From Bacteroidota bacterium (lineage in GTDB: Bacteria > Bacteroidota > Bacteroidia > AKYH767-A > OLB10): a stretch of DNA of 64,000 nt. Made by a program: the position numbers and the translations under genes. The notes under the pieces were generated by a model. That model saw only the letters and a program-made list of their open reading frames with translations, ran no database searches and had not been told where the DNA came from. Shown here in pieces: positions 29,468 to 38,857 of this stretch (position 1 is its first letter; each line of letters opens with the position of its first letter). The stretch spans positions 3,553 to 67,552 of the forward strand of contig JAGVTU010000024.1 of NCBI GenBank assembly GCA_019136655.1, read 5' to 3'.

Positions 29468-30541
29468 ATGGTAGAAATGACTAAATTTGCAAATTCAAAA
29501 TGCAAAGAGTCAAAACATCAACTTTTCTTAATGTCGGCTAAAATCGTGTGGCAAACAAAAGCACCTATTGTTGTTGAGAATTTTCTTCAAAAAAGAATTA
29601 CATCTGTCACTAAAGGAGGTAACACATATAACCATTATGCTTTAATGGCCTTAGCTGAAAAATATGATGTGTCCATTGATAAGAATACAGTAAAGCACAG
29701 TAGCCAATCTTTTCTAGATTATTTTATAAGAAATCAGTTCACTGCCCCCAATGCTGATGTGACTATTAAGGAAATTTACCCTGCTGCTATTTCAAAAATT
29801 AACAGAAGATCAAAAAATATAGCAATCATACATCATATTGATGAGCAGTTTTCTGGTCAGACATTTGCACATAAAATGTTTTTCAAAATGCTTGCTAAAA
29901 AGTTACCTGAGATGGATTTGGTAATTGTTGTTTCTGAATACTGGAAAGAACAAATGCAGAAAATGGGATGTAAGAACGTTCAAATAATTTATAATTCTTT
30001 CAATCTTTCAGAATATAATTCTTCAGAAAATGAAATCGCATCATTTCGTAAGAAATATGAACTTGGTGAACGACCAATTGTGTACATAGGCAATGCACAC
30101 CGTCAAAAAGGAGTATTTGATGTTTATAATTCTTTGAAAGATTTAAATGTGGAATTAATAATGACCGGAGCAAAAAATAAAGCAAGAGAATTACCGGTTC
30201 GATTTCTTTCTTTGGAAAAAAAAGAGTTCATTACTTTATTACACGCATCCTCTGTTGTAGTGCTTATGAGTAAACTTTGCGAGGGATGGAACCGTGTTGC
30301 CCATGAAGCTCTTTTATGCCAAACTCCTGTTATAGGTTCGGGGATAGGAGGCATGAGTGAATTACTTGCAAAATCAGGTCAGGTTATTTCATCCCAAGAA
30401 AACCTGAGAGAACATGTATCAGAAATAATTCTGAAAGGAAAAAAAATTGGCCAAACCGGTTTTCAATTTGTAAAACAATTCGACATGAATTATTTCAATA
30501 ATGCTTGGCAAACAACAATAAGAAACTTACTTGTTAATTAA
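29468..30541 (+). CDS. glycosyltransferase (GT-B fold, GT4-like)
   Basis: C-terminal GT-B nucleotide-sugar binding half with EX7E-like block (CEGWNRVAHEALLCQTPVIGSGIGGMSEL), 357 aa. N-terminal start uncertain. Confidence 0.6.
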   Translation: MVEMTKFANSKCKESKHQLFLMSAKIVWQTKAPIVVENFLQKRITSVTKGGNTYNHYALMALAEKYDVSIDKNTVKHSSQSFLDYFIRNQFTAPNADVTIKEIYPAAISKINRRSKNIAIIHHIDEQFSGQTFAHKMFFKMLAKKLPEMDLVIVVSEYWKEQMQKMGCKNVQIIYNSFNLSEYNSSENEIASFRKKYELGERPIVYIGNAHRQKGVFDVYNSLKDLNVELIMTGAKNKARELPVRFLSLEKKEFITLLHASSVVVLMSKLCEGWNRVAHEALLCQTPVIGSGIGGMSELLAKSGQVISSQENLREHVSEIILKGKKIGQTGFQFVKQFDMNYFNNAWQTTIRNLLVN

Positions 30542-32440
30542 ATGTGCGGAATAAACGGAATTTTCAATTATAATCAAGTTGGCATTGGTGACGAAAAGTC
30601 CTTAATTGATTCAATGAATGACACCATCCGTCACAGAGGTCCTGACGATAGTGGTATTTCCATTGTTGGAGGAGGTAAAATATTTTTCGGACACCGAAGA
30701 CTCAGCATTATTGATTTGTCATCAGCCGGGCATCAGCCAATGAGAAATGATGCTGGGTATGAAATAGTTTTCAATGGAGAGATATATAACTTCAATGAAT
30801 TAAAAAAACTTGTTGAAGGTTATCCTTTCAAGTCCGACAGCGACACCGAGGTCTTGCTTGCACTTTATGAAAAATTTGGAGAAAAATGCCTCGGATTACT
30901 TAATGGCATGTTTGCATTTGCTATATGGGATCCGAAAAAAGAAATTCTTTTTCTGGCAAGAGACAGAGTTGGGAAAAAGCCTCTTTACTATTCTTTTCAA
31001 AATGGCGTATTCGCATTTTCATCTGAAATAAAAGCGTTACTAAAACTTCCATTTATAAAAAACGAGCTTGATGAAGAGGCGTTTTATCATTTTCTGACTT
31101 TTAACGTACTTTCTCCTCCATCAACAATGTTCAGAGGTATTAAGAAATTTCACCCCGGATATTGTATGACAGTTAATAAAAACGGGGAACATTCATATTC
31201 ACAATATTGGCAAATTGAATACACAGACCTTCGTGACAAAAGTGAAGATGAACTTAGAACCCAAACACTTGAACTTCTGAAAAAATCAGTAAACTATCGA
31301 ATGGTTTCCAATGTGCCTGTAGGAGCCTTTTTAAGTGGAGGTGTTGACTCAAGTGCATTAGTAGCACTTATGTCAACAATGACTGATCAGCCGGTAAAAA
31401 CTTATTCTATTGGATTTGAAGACCAACCTGATTTTGATGAACTGGAACATGCAAGAAAAGTTTCTCAATTGTTCGGCACACAACATTTTGAAAAAACTGT
31501 AAACCCTGATGAGTTTAAGAATTTTCTGCCACATGTAGTTGATATTTTTGATGAACCGTTAGCTGATCCAACTTGCGTTCCCATATATTTTATTTCTCAA
31601 AAAGCACGACAGGAAGGAACTATTGTAGTGCTTACAGGAGATGGAAGTGATGAGATTTTTGCAGGATATAGAAATCATCTAAGATATATCCACAACTATG
31701 ATAGGTTTAACAAACTAAAACAATTGCCTTCTCCCATTAAGAAATTAATCTCCGCTGCTTATTCCCTCTATGATTCAAATTCACCTTTAAGTGAAATGCT
31801 TAACAGAGCAGCTATGAATCAGGAATTCTTTTGGGGCAGTGCCCGAAGTTTTAAAGAATCTGTAAAAAACAAATTTTTGAATGCAGAATTCAGAAACAGA
31901 CATCGTCATTTAAACTCCTATACCGTTGTTGAGGCATTTAAGCAAGAATATGATAAAATAAAACAGCCCTATCATCAGCCTATAGACTGGATGTGTTTTA
32001 TGGGATTCAAACTAACTGACCCCAACTGGTATTTATACAGGGCAGACAGGTTAGGAATGGCACATTCAATTGAACTGAGATCTCCATTTCTTGATTATGA
32101 GCTGGTAAATTTTGCGCTTTCCATACCGGGAAAATATAAAGTCAAGAATAATGAGCCTAAATACATTTTGAAAAAAGCACTTGAACCCATTCTGCCCAAA
32201 GAAGTATTATACAGAAAAAAAATGGGGTTTTGTTTACCCTTGAAAAAATGGGGTAGTGAAATTATGGTTGACTATGTTGAATCTAATTATATCGAATTTT
32301 GTTCTAATTTTCCATTCCTGAAAGAAGAAGGAATAAAGTTTATATTGAAAGAAGTAAAAAGTGGTAGCGAAAAGGCAGTAAACGACTTATGGACTGCTTA
32401 TTTTCTTATTTCATGGTTTAAAAAGTGGATGCATGCCTGA
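30542..32440 (+). CDS. asnB: asparagine synthase (glutamine-hydrolysing) family amidotransferase
   Basis: N-terminal nucleophile MCGINGIF, GATase-II domain, and PP-loop in the synthetase domain (SGGVDSSALVALM), 632 aa. Confidence 0.85.
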   Translation: MCGINGIFNYNQVGIGDEKSLIDSMNDTIRHRGPDDSGISIVGGGKIFFGHRRLSIIDLSSAGHQPMRNDAGYEIVFNGEIYNFNELKKLVEGYPFKSDSDTEVLLALYEKFGEKCLGLLNGMFAFAIWDPKKEILFLARDRVGKKPLYYSFQNGVFAFSSEIKALLKLPFIKNELDEEAFYHFLTFNVLSPPSTMFRGIKKFHPGYCMTVNKNGEHSYSQYWQIEYTDLRDKSEDELRTQTLELLKKSVNYRMVSNVPVGAFLSGGVDSSALVALMSTMTDQPVKTYSIGFEDQPDFDELEHARKVSQLFGTQHFEKTVNPDEFKNFLPHVVDIFDEPLADPTCVPIYFISQKARQEGTIVVLTGDGSDEIFAGYRNHLRYIHNYDRFNKLKQLPSPIKKLISAAYSLYDSNSPLSEMLNRAAMNQEFFWGSARSFKESVKNKFLNAEFRNRHRHLNSYTVVEAFKQEYDKIKQPYHQPIDWMCFMGFKLTDPNWYLYRADRLGMAHSIELRSPFLDYELVNFALSIPGKYKVKNNEPKYILKKALEPILPKEVLYRKKMGFCLPLKKWGSEIMVDYVESNYIEFCSNFPFLKEEGIKFILKEVKSGSEKAVNDLWTAYFLISWFKKWMHA

Positions 32441-33578
32441 GATTAAAAACGTACTTATAATTACGAATGTCCCACAGGATTATCGTATTGCAATGCTAAA
32501 CAAATTGGATGAGATGCTCAAAGAACAAAACATCCGGCTTAAAGTGTTGTTTGCTGCAACCGGATATAAGAGAAGAAAAGGTAAAATTGATTTTTCGAGA
32601 ATGAAGTTTGATTACTCATTTTTGAAATCCCCAAAATTTAATCTTGGTTCAGTTGAAAATACAATGTTTACTTATCCCGGCATCATCAGATATCACTTAA
32701 AATACAAACCTGATTTAACATTTGTGATTGGCTATAGCCCTGCTACCATTAAACTATGGTTGTTTTCATTCTTTATGAAAATAAATTATTTTATATGGTC
32801 AGGATCAGTTAAATTTAAAGGCAGAAAAGATTCATCTCTACGTGTATTGATGAGAAAAATATTAGTACGCAGAGCCAAAGGCTTTGTTGCTTATGGCACA
32901 ATGGCAAAAAAATATTTAATTTCTATAGGTGCTCCTGCTGAAAAAATATCTGTTGCAATCAATACCGTTGATACTGATTTTTTTAGTCATGTAGCTGAAA
33001 GTCGAGAAAACCGTAAGGCATCTACAACTAAACAGTTACTTTATCTGGGCTATCTTACTCATGGAAAAAAAATTGATGACCTGATTCATACAATATATGA
33101 GTTAAAATCATTAAGAACTGATTTTAAACTCACCATTGTTGGAGATGGCCCGGCAAGAGAGTTACTTTTTAATCTAGTAAATGAATTACACCTTAATGAT
33201 TATGTTTCGTTCGAAGGATTCATTCAGAAAAAGGACCTCCCTCCCTATTTAATAAATGCAGACATCTTTCTATTTCAGACAGGATGTGACATTTGGGGAT
33301 TGGTATTGAACGAAGCAATGGCTTCTGGACTTCCCTGTGTAGTTTCGCCTAATGCAGGAGCAGCAGTAGATCTTATTCAGGAAAATGAAAATGGGTTAAT
33401 TCTGGATTTCAATAATTATGAAAATGCAGCTCAAAAATTGAATGCCTTATTAAAAAATGATTCTCTATTGATAAAATTGGGTAAAAACGCCAACAGATTT
33501 ATTCGTGAGAATGTAACCCCTGAAAAGAGTGCTCAGGGATTTATTGATGCTATAAATATATTTAAGCAAAATGCTTGA
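32433..33578 (+). CDS. glycosyltransferase family 4
   Basis: GT-B fold with EX7E motif region (CDIWGLVLNEAMASGLPCVVSPNAGAAVDLIQENENGL), 381 aa. Confidence 0.75.
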   Translation: MPEIKNVLIITNVPQDYRIAMLNKLDEMLKEQNIRLKVLFAATGYKRRKGKIDFSRMKFDYSFLKSPKFNLGSVENTMFTYPGIIRYHLKYKPDLTFVIGYSPATIKLWLFSFFMKINYFIWSGSVKFKGRKDSSLRVLMRKILVRRAKGFVAYGTMAKKYLISIGAPAEKISVAINTVDTDFFSHVAESRENRKASTTKQLLYLGYLTHGKKIDDLIHTIYELKSLRTDFKLTIVGDGPARELLFNLVNELHLNDYVSFEGFIQKKDLPPYLINADIFLFQTGCDIWGLVLNEAMASGLPCVVSPNAGAAVDLIQENENGLILDFNNYENAAQKLNALLKNDSLLIKLGKNANRFIRENVTPEKSAQGFIDAINIFKQNA

Positions 33579-34890
33579 TTTTATTCTTGCAATAGTAGCG
33601 TATGTTGGATTGGCGGTGCTGATTGTTGTTGGTATATTCTTCAACAGAAGGTTTCTTTTTACACTTTTTTTGATAAAGCCATTTATTGATATGACGGTTA
33701 ACATTAATATCATTAATGAAATTAATGCACTTGAAATATCAGGTATATTCATTTTTCTTATTTTTATTATTAAATACCTTAATAAACCTGTATTCTATCC
33801 TACCACAAATGAAGTTCTTATCTGGATTTTTCTTGGGCTACAAATTCTAACATTCTTTCTTAATATTTCGACAGATAGCCGAGCTTTCATTGACAGTATA
33901 AAAACATATCCACGCCTTATTGGATCGTACCTCCTTTACTTCATTGCCGCTAGAGAAATAATGGAAAACTATCAACAAAGGACAAAACTGGTTAAAGCCA
34001 TCTGGATCACGTCATTAATTGCAGGAATTATTACCATTATTGTTTTTGTTTTTGGATTATCAAATTTTGATACAACAAGAGGTGTTGTGAGGTACAATGG
34101 CTTATATAATGACCCGGGAACTCCTTCCTATTTATCAGTAATTTGTTTATTATTCTGCAATTTATACTTCAGTATCTCTGCTAAAGAACCAAATGATTTC
34201 CTGAAATTTCTCAGAGTGATTACATTGGTTGTAACAGCAATAATTCTGGTTATTACAATGACCAAAAGCGCCTTAATCATGTTTCTGGTTTATATAATTA
34301 TGTGGTATGGAATTTTTGAGAAGCGATTATTTCTAATCATTCCTGCTTTAGCCATCTCTATTTATATATCTTTCTCACTTTCCGAAGACTTAAATACCCG
34401 ATTTGAAACAGAATTAAATTACATTGACTCTGGTGGTGATGCAGATGTTGCTAAATCTATGGGAACAGGACGCGTGAATCGTTGGGAGAATTTGATAAAC
34501 ATGTATTTTCAGGAATTCCCATTATATAAACAGGTATTGGGCTCCTCCAGAAACTTTATTGCTCACAACCAATATCTGGCCTATTTACTTCAAGTAGGTG
34601 CTTTAGGGTTATCAGTTTTTCTTATATTTATTATTCGGTTTTTAACCAGACTTACCAAAATTTATTATCGTACACGTAATCCTTCTATTTTTGCAGCATT
34701 AACATTATTAGTAATGTATGTCACTTATGCATTTACAGGTCATCCTTTTGACTATACTACATTATTATGGTATCTGATGATTTTACTTTCAATGGTAAAT
34801 GTTTATGATTCCATTCGTGAGAAAAAAGAACGTAATAAAAATTTAGAAAGAATTCAGTTTAATCAGTTAGCAGGACAAAAAATCAATTAA
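33571..34890 (+). CDS. O-antigen ligase / Wzy-type polysaccharide polymerase
   Basis: About 10-12 TM helices. Wzy_C signature in a periplasmic loop (IAHNQYLAYLLQVGALGL, the H-N-x-YL...G..G pattern). Confidence 0.7.
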   Translation: MLDFILAIVAYVGLAVLIVVGIFFNRRFLFTLFLIKPFIDMTVNINIINEINALEISGIFIFLIFIIKYLNKPVFYPTTNEVLIWIFLGLQILTFFLNISTDSRAFIDSIKTYPRLIGSYLLYFIAAREIMENYQQRTKLVKAIWITSLIAGIITIIVFVFGLSNFDTTRGVVRYNGLYNDPGTPSYLSVICLLFCNLYFSISAKEPNDFLKFLRVITLVVTAIILVITMTKSALIMFLVYIIMWYGIFEKRLFLIIPALAISIYISFSLSEDLNTRFETELNYIDSGGDADVAKSMGTGRVNRWENLINMYFQEFPLYKQVLGSSRNFIAHNQYLAYLLQVGALGLSVFLIFIIRFLTRLTKIYYRTRNPSIFAALTLLVMYVTYAFTGHPFDYTTLLWYLMILLSMVNVYDSIREKKERNKNLERIQFNQLAGQKIN

Positions 34891-34909
34891 TTAATCAACC
34901 ATTTAATCA

Positions 34910-35884
34910 ATGAAAAACGTTTTAGTTACCGGTGCCGCAGGGTTTATAGGATCTCATCTTACAGAACGTTGTGTGGAATCAGGTTATAAAGTAAAAGCTT
35001 TTGTACGTTATAATTCCAAAGGAAATTACGGATGGCTTGAATCTTCCCCTTATAAAAATGATATTGAGTTTATCACAGGTGATATTCGTGATTACGACAG
35101 TGTGTACAATGCTGTTAAAGGATGCGATACCGTCTTTCATCTCGCAGCACTCATTGGTATTCCATACAGTTATGTTTCGCCAATGGCATATATCAAAACT
35201 AATGTTGAAGGTACTTATAACATAGTTCAGTCATGTCGCGAACAGGGTACTGAAAATATTCTGGTAACTTCCACGAGTGAAACTTATGGCACAGCTCAAT
35301 ATGTTCCTATTGACGAAAAACATCCTTTGGTGGGTCAGTCACCTTACTCTGCATCAAAAATAGGAGCCGACCAGATGGCACTGAGCTATTATCTCTCTTT
35401 TAACTCACCTGTTAAAATTGTTCGTCCTTTTAACACGTATGGACCACGCCAAAGTGCCCGTGCGGTAATTCCTACAATCATCACACAATTACTTTCTGGA
35501 AAAACTGAAATTAAATTAGGGCACACCACTCCTACCCGCGACCTTACATTCGTAAAAGATACAGCAAACGGTTTTCTTGCCATTGCGCAAAATCCTTCTT
35601 TCAATGGCACTGTTACCAATATTGGAGTGAAAGACGAAATTTCTGTGGGTGACCTTGCACTGATGATTGCCAAACTGATGAATAAAAATATTTCAATCAT
35701 TACCGACTCACAACGTGTAAGACCTGATAAGAGTGAAGTAGAAAGATTGTTTTGCGATAACACAAAAATTATCAGCAACACAAACTGGAGACCACAACAT
35801 ACCCTTGAAGAAGGTTTAAAGCAAACAATTAAATTTTTAGAATCTAACTTGCATCTGTACAAACCGGATGTGTATAATGTTTAA
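34910..35884 (+). CDS. NAD-dependent epimerase/dehydratase (extended SDR, NDP-sugar 4,6-dehydratase-like)
   Basis: VLVTGAAGFIGSHL Rossmann motif, STSETYG and YSASK (YxxxK) catalytic blocks, 324 aa. Confidence 0.8.
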   Translation: MKNVLVTGAAGFIGSHLTERCVESGYKVKAFVRYNSKGNYGWLESSPYKNDIEFITGDIRDYDSVYNAVKGCDTVFHLAALIGIPYSYVSPMAYIKTNVEGTYNIVQSCREQGTENILVTSTSETYGTAQYVPIDEKHPLVGQSPYSASKIGADQMALSYYLSFNSPVKIVRPFNTYGPRQSARAVIPTIITQLLSGKTEIKLGHTTPTRDLTFVKDTANGFLAIAQNPSFNGTVTNIGVKDEISVGDLALMIAKLMNKNISIITDSQRVRPDKSEVERLFCDNTKIISNTNWRPQHTLEEGLKQTIKFLESNLHLYKPDVYNV

Positions 35885-35893
35885 AACAAGATT

Positions 35894-36601
35894 ATGATAG
35901 CAGTATTATTAGCAGGAGGAAAAGGTACACGATTAGCACCGTTTACTATCAGTTTACCTAAACCACTCATGCCGGTAGGCAACAGACCTATTCTCGAAAT
36001 ACTAATCCGACAACTGAAAGATGCAGGTGTAAAAAAAGTTATCATCTGCGTAGGTTATCTTGAATCGTTAATCCGTTCTTATTTTGGTGACGGGAAAAAA
36101 TTCGGAGTAGAAATAGTTTATTCCAGCGAAGATGAGCCACTGGGTACTGCCGGTCCAATGAAACTGATTGCAGAACATCTGACCGATACATTCTTCTTTA
36201 TGAATGGTGATTTATTTACCGATATCAATCTGGATGAAATGGTTAATTACCATAAAAAGAATAAAGCAACTGCTACCATAGGATTAACACGTAAAATGGT
36301 AAACATTGATTTTGGTGTTATCAAAATAAATGATAAAAAAGAATTTACCGAGTGGAAAGAAAAACCAACTCTCGAATACTTAGTGAGTATGGGTATTTAT
36401 GTTTTTGAACCATCAGTACTCAAATATTTGCCTGACGGATTTTATAATGTCCCTGATTTGATTGTTAAATTGCATGAGGTGAATGAAAAAGTAATAGGAT
36501 ACCAGTACAATGGCAACTGGCTCGACATAGGTCGTTTGGAAGATTATCAGCGTGCATGCCAGCAGATGGAGGAACTGGAAAATAAAAATAATGGCAAGTA
36601 A
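35894..36601 (+). CDS. sugar-1-phosphate nucleotidyltransferase (RmlA/HddC-type)
   Basis: N-terminal LLAGGKGTRLAPFTISLPKPLMPV, the G-x-G-T-R-L signature of sugar-phosphate NTases. 235 aa, short like HddC or the cytidylyltransferases. Confidence 0.8.
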   Translation: MIAVLLAGGKGTRLAPFTISLPKPLMPVGNRPILEILIRQLKDAGVKKVIICVGYLESLIRSYFGDGKKFGVEIVYSSEDEPLGTAGPMKLIAEHLTDTFFFMNGDLFTDINLDEMVNYHKKNKATATIGLTRKMVNIDFGVIKINDKKEFTEWKEKPTLEYLVSMGIYVFEPSVLKYLPDGFYNVPDLIVKLHEVNEKVIGYQYNGNWLDIGRLEDYQRACQQMEELENKNNGK

Positions 36602-37463
36602 AAGAATTGCTGTCACCGGCTCATCCGGATTTTTGGGTTCGGCAGTTGTGAAGCTGCTTCATTCAAAAAATATTACCGTAATTCCAATATCACGAAAAAA
36701 TGGTTTCGACATCTGCAAACCTGATACGCTTAAAAGCATTGAACCTTTTGATGTGCTGATTCATCTTGCAGCTCACACCTTTGTTCCCGACTCTTACAAT
36801 CGTACTGCAGAATTTTTTACCATCAACATTAACGGAACATTGAATGCTCTTGAGCTTTGCAAGAAACATAAAGCCAAAATGATTTTTGCAAGCTCGTATG
36901 TTTATGGTCCGCCATCTTATCTGCCTGTTGATGAGCAACACCCGGTGAACATGTGGAACCCTTATGCATCCAGCAAAATCATCAGCGAACAACTGTGCCA
37001 TGTTTATCACCGTGAGTTTGAAGTGCCGGTTGATATACTGAGGATATTTAATATTTACGGACCGGGACAAAATGAGTCATTTCTGATTCCGAAAGTAATC
37101 AAAGGCGTTTTCGAAGGGCAACTCAACTTAGAAACCTTGGCACCCAAACGCGACTTTGTGCACGTGGAAGATGTTGCTGATGCTTTTCTCAAATGTGCTG
37201 AAAACAATGTTGCAGGATATGCTACTTACAACATAGGCAGCGGAGCGAGTTACAGTGTGCAGCAGATTATAGATAAAACAGAACATATAACTCAGCGAAA
37301 AGCAAACATAACGTGCTCAGAAAAACGCAGAGCTAATGAAGTGCTTGATGTTGTTGCAGATTATTCAAAAATAAAACATGAAAAACACTGGCAACCTCAT
37401 ATCACTCTTGAGCAAGGTTTGAGAGGAATGATTGAAGATTACAAACAGAAAAATTCAATTTAA
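36591..37463 (+). CDS. NAD-dependent epimerase/dehydratase (extended SDR, reductase/epimerase-like)
   Basis: IAVTGSSGFLGSAV Rossmann motif and YASSK catalytic block, about 290 aa. ATG at 36591 (MASKRIAVTG) preferred over the ORF-track start at 36552. Confidence 0.75.
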   Translation: MASKRIAVTGSSGFLGSAVVKLLHSKNITVIPISRKNGFDICKPDTLKSIEPFDVLIHLAAHTFVPDSYNRTAEFFTININGTLNALELCKKHKAKMIFASSYVYGPPSYLPVDEQHPVNMWNPYASSKIISEQLCHVYHREFEVPVDILRIFNIYGPGQNESFLIPKVIKGVFEGQLNLETLAPKRDFVHVEDVADAFLKCAENNVAGYATYNIGSGASYSVQQIIDKTEHITQRKANITCSEKRRANEVLDVVADYSKIKHEKHWQPHITLEQGLRGMIEDYKQKNSI

Positions 37464-37969
37464 TTTTTTGCTGCTGCCACCCACTCTGTGAATGAGAAAT
37501 CATAAGCATTTTTCTCATCAGCAAAGTGATCTTCCCTTGAAATCATTTTCCATTTTTCAAAATCAATTTCAGGAAAATAAACATCACCTTTGAAGGCGTG
37601 ATGAATCAGCGTTATATACATTTTATCAGCGCGGTGAAGAAATTGCGAAAACAATTCCCCTCCTCCTATTACAAACAATTCTTTTTCGCCTGCTTTACGT
37701 GCCTGCTCCACTGCTGCATCAATTTCTGAAAAACAAGTTGCACCCGGGTAATTACAATTCTTGCTGCGCGACACAATAAAATTTATTCTCCCTGGCAGAG
37801 GTCTGTACTTTTCAGGAATACTTTCATAATTTTTTCTTCCGGTGAGTATGTGATGCCCCAGTGTTTTTTCTTTAAAATACTTCATATCAGCAGGCAGATG
37901 CCATGGCAAACCATTGTCAGCACCAATCAGCCTGTTCTGATCCATTGCAGCTATCAGTGAAATTTTCAT
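37460..37969 (-). CDS. folA: dihydrofolate reductase
   Basis: MKISLIAAMDQNRLIGADNGLPWHLPADMKYFKE..., the classic DHFR N-terminus, 169 aa. Its stop overlaps the stop of the convergent SDR gene (TTAA at 37460-37463). Confidence 0.9.
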   Translation of the reverse strand: MKISLIAAMDQNRLIGADNGLPWHLPADMKYFKEKTLGHHILTGRKNYESIPEKYRPLPGRINFIVSRSKNCNYPGATCFSEIDAAVEQARKAGEKELFVIGGGELFSQFLHRADKMYITLIHHAFKGDVYFPEIDFEKWKMISREDHFADEKNAYDFSFTEWVAAAKN

Positions 37970-37976
37970 ACTTCGG

Positions 37977-38771
37977 CTATACCGCTACCGGTGCTTTAAT
38001 TGCAGGATGCGACTGATAATTGGAGATGTAAAAATCTTCGTACTTAAAACTGAAAATATCTTTCACCAAAGGATTGATTTGCAATGTAGGTAAATCAAAT
38101 GGTGTTCGCGACAGTTGCAGTTCTACCTGCTCAAAATGATTGGAGTAAATATGTGCATCTCCAAGTGTGTGAATAAATTCTCCGGCCTTAAGATTGCAAA
38201 CCTGTGCAATCATATGCGTAAGCAATGCATAAGAAGCAATATTGAAAGGAACTCCCAGAAAAATATCTGCACTTCGCTGATACAACTGACATGACAGTTT
38301 GCCGTTGGCAACATAAAACTGAAACATGATGTGGCAGGGTGGCAATGCCATATTTGGAACATCAGACACATTCCAAGCACTTACCAACATCCTCCTTGAA
38401 TCAGGATTTTCTTTTATCGTCTTAATTAATTGTGAAATCTGATCAGTAACACTACCGTCAGGATTGGACCAAGAACGCCACTGTTTGCCATATACAGGCC
38501 CGAGATTTCCCTCGGCATCTGCCCACTCATCCCAAATGCTTACACCGTTTTCTTTGAGATATTTAATGTTGGTATCCCCTTTTAAAAACCAGAGCAACTC
38601 ATGAATGATGGATTTGGTATGCAGTTTTTTGGTAGTCATCAACGGAAATCCTTCCTGCAAATCAAAACGCATTTGATAACCAAAAACACTTCGTGTGCCG
38701 GTTCCTGTTCTGTCCGACTTATCTGTACCATGCTGCATGACATGCTTCAGCAGATTGTGATATTGTTTCAT
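37977..38771 (-). CDS. thyA: thymidylate synthase
   Basis: ThyA blocks ([16 protein letters not shown] active-site Cys region), 264 aa. Confidence 0.92.
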   Translation of the reverse strand: MKQYHNLLKHVMQHGTDKSDRTGTGTRSVFGYQMRFDLQEGFPLMTTKKLHTKSIIHELLWFLKGDTNIKYLKENGVSIWDEWADAEGNLGPVYGKQWRSWSNPDGSVTDQISQLIKTIKENPDSRRMLVSAWNVSDVPNMALPPCHIMFQFYVANGKLSCQLYQRSADIFLGVPFNIASYALLTHMIAQVCNLKAGEFIHTLGDAHIYSNHFEQVELQLSRTPFDLPTLQINPLVKDIFSFKYEDFYISNYQSHPAIKAPVAV

Positions 38772-38857
38772 TATTTGAACTAAGAAAATAATTCGCCTTC
38801 AAAAATACCTTAACCAATAACACAAACAATGTATTTATCCGAAAAGTTATTGACTTT

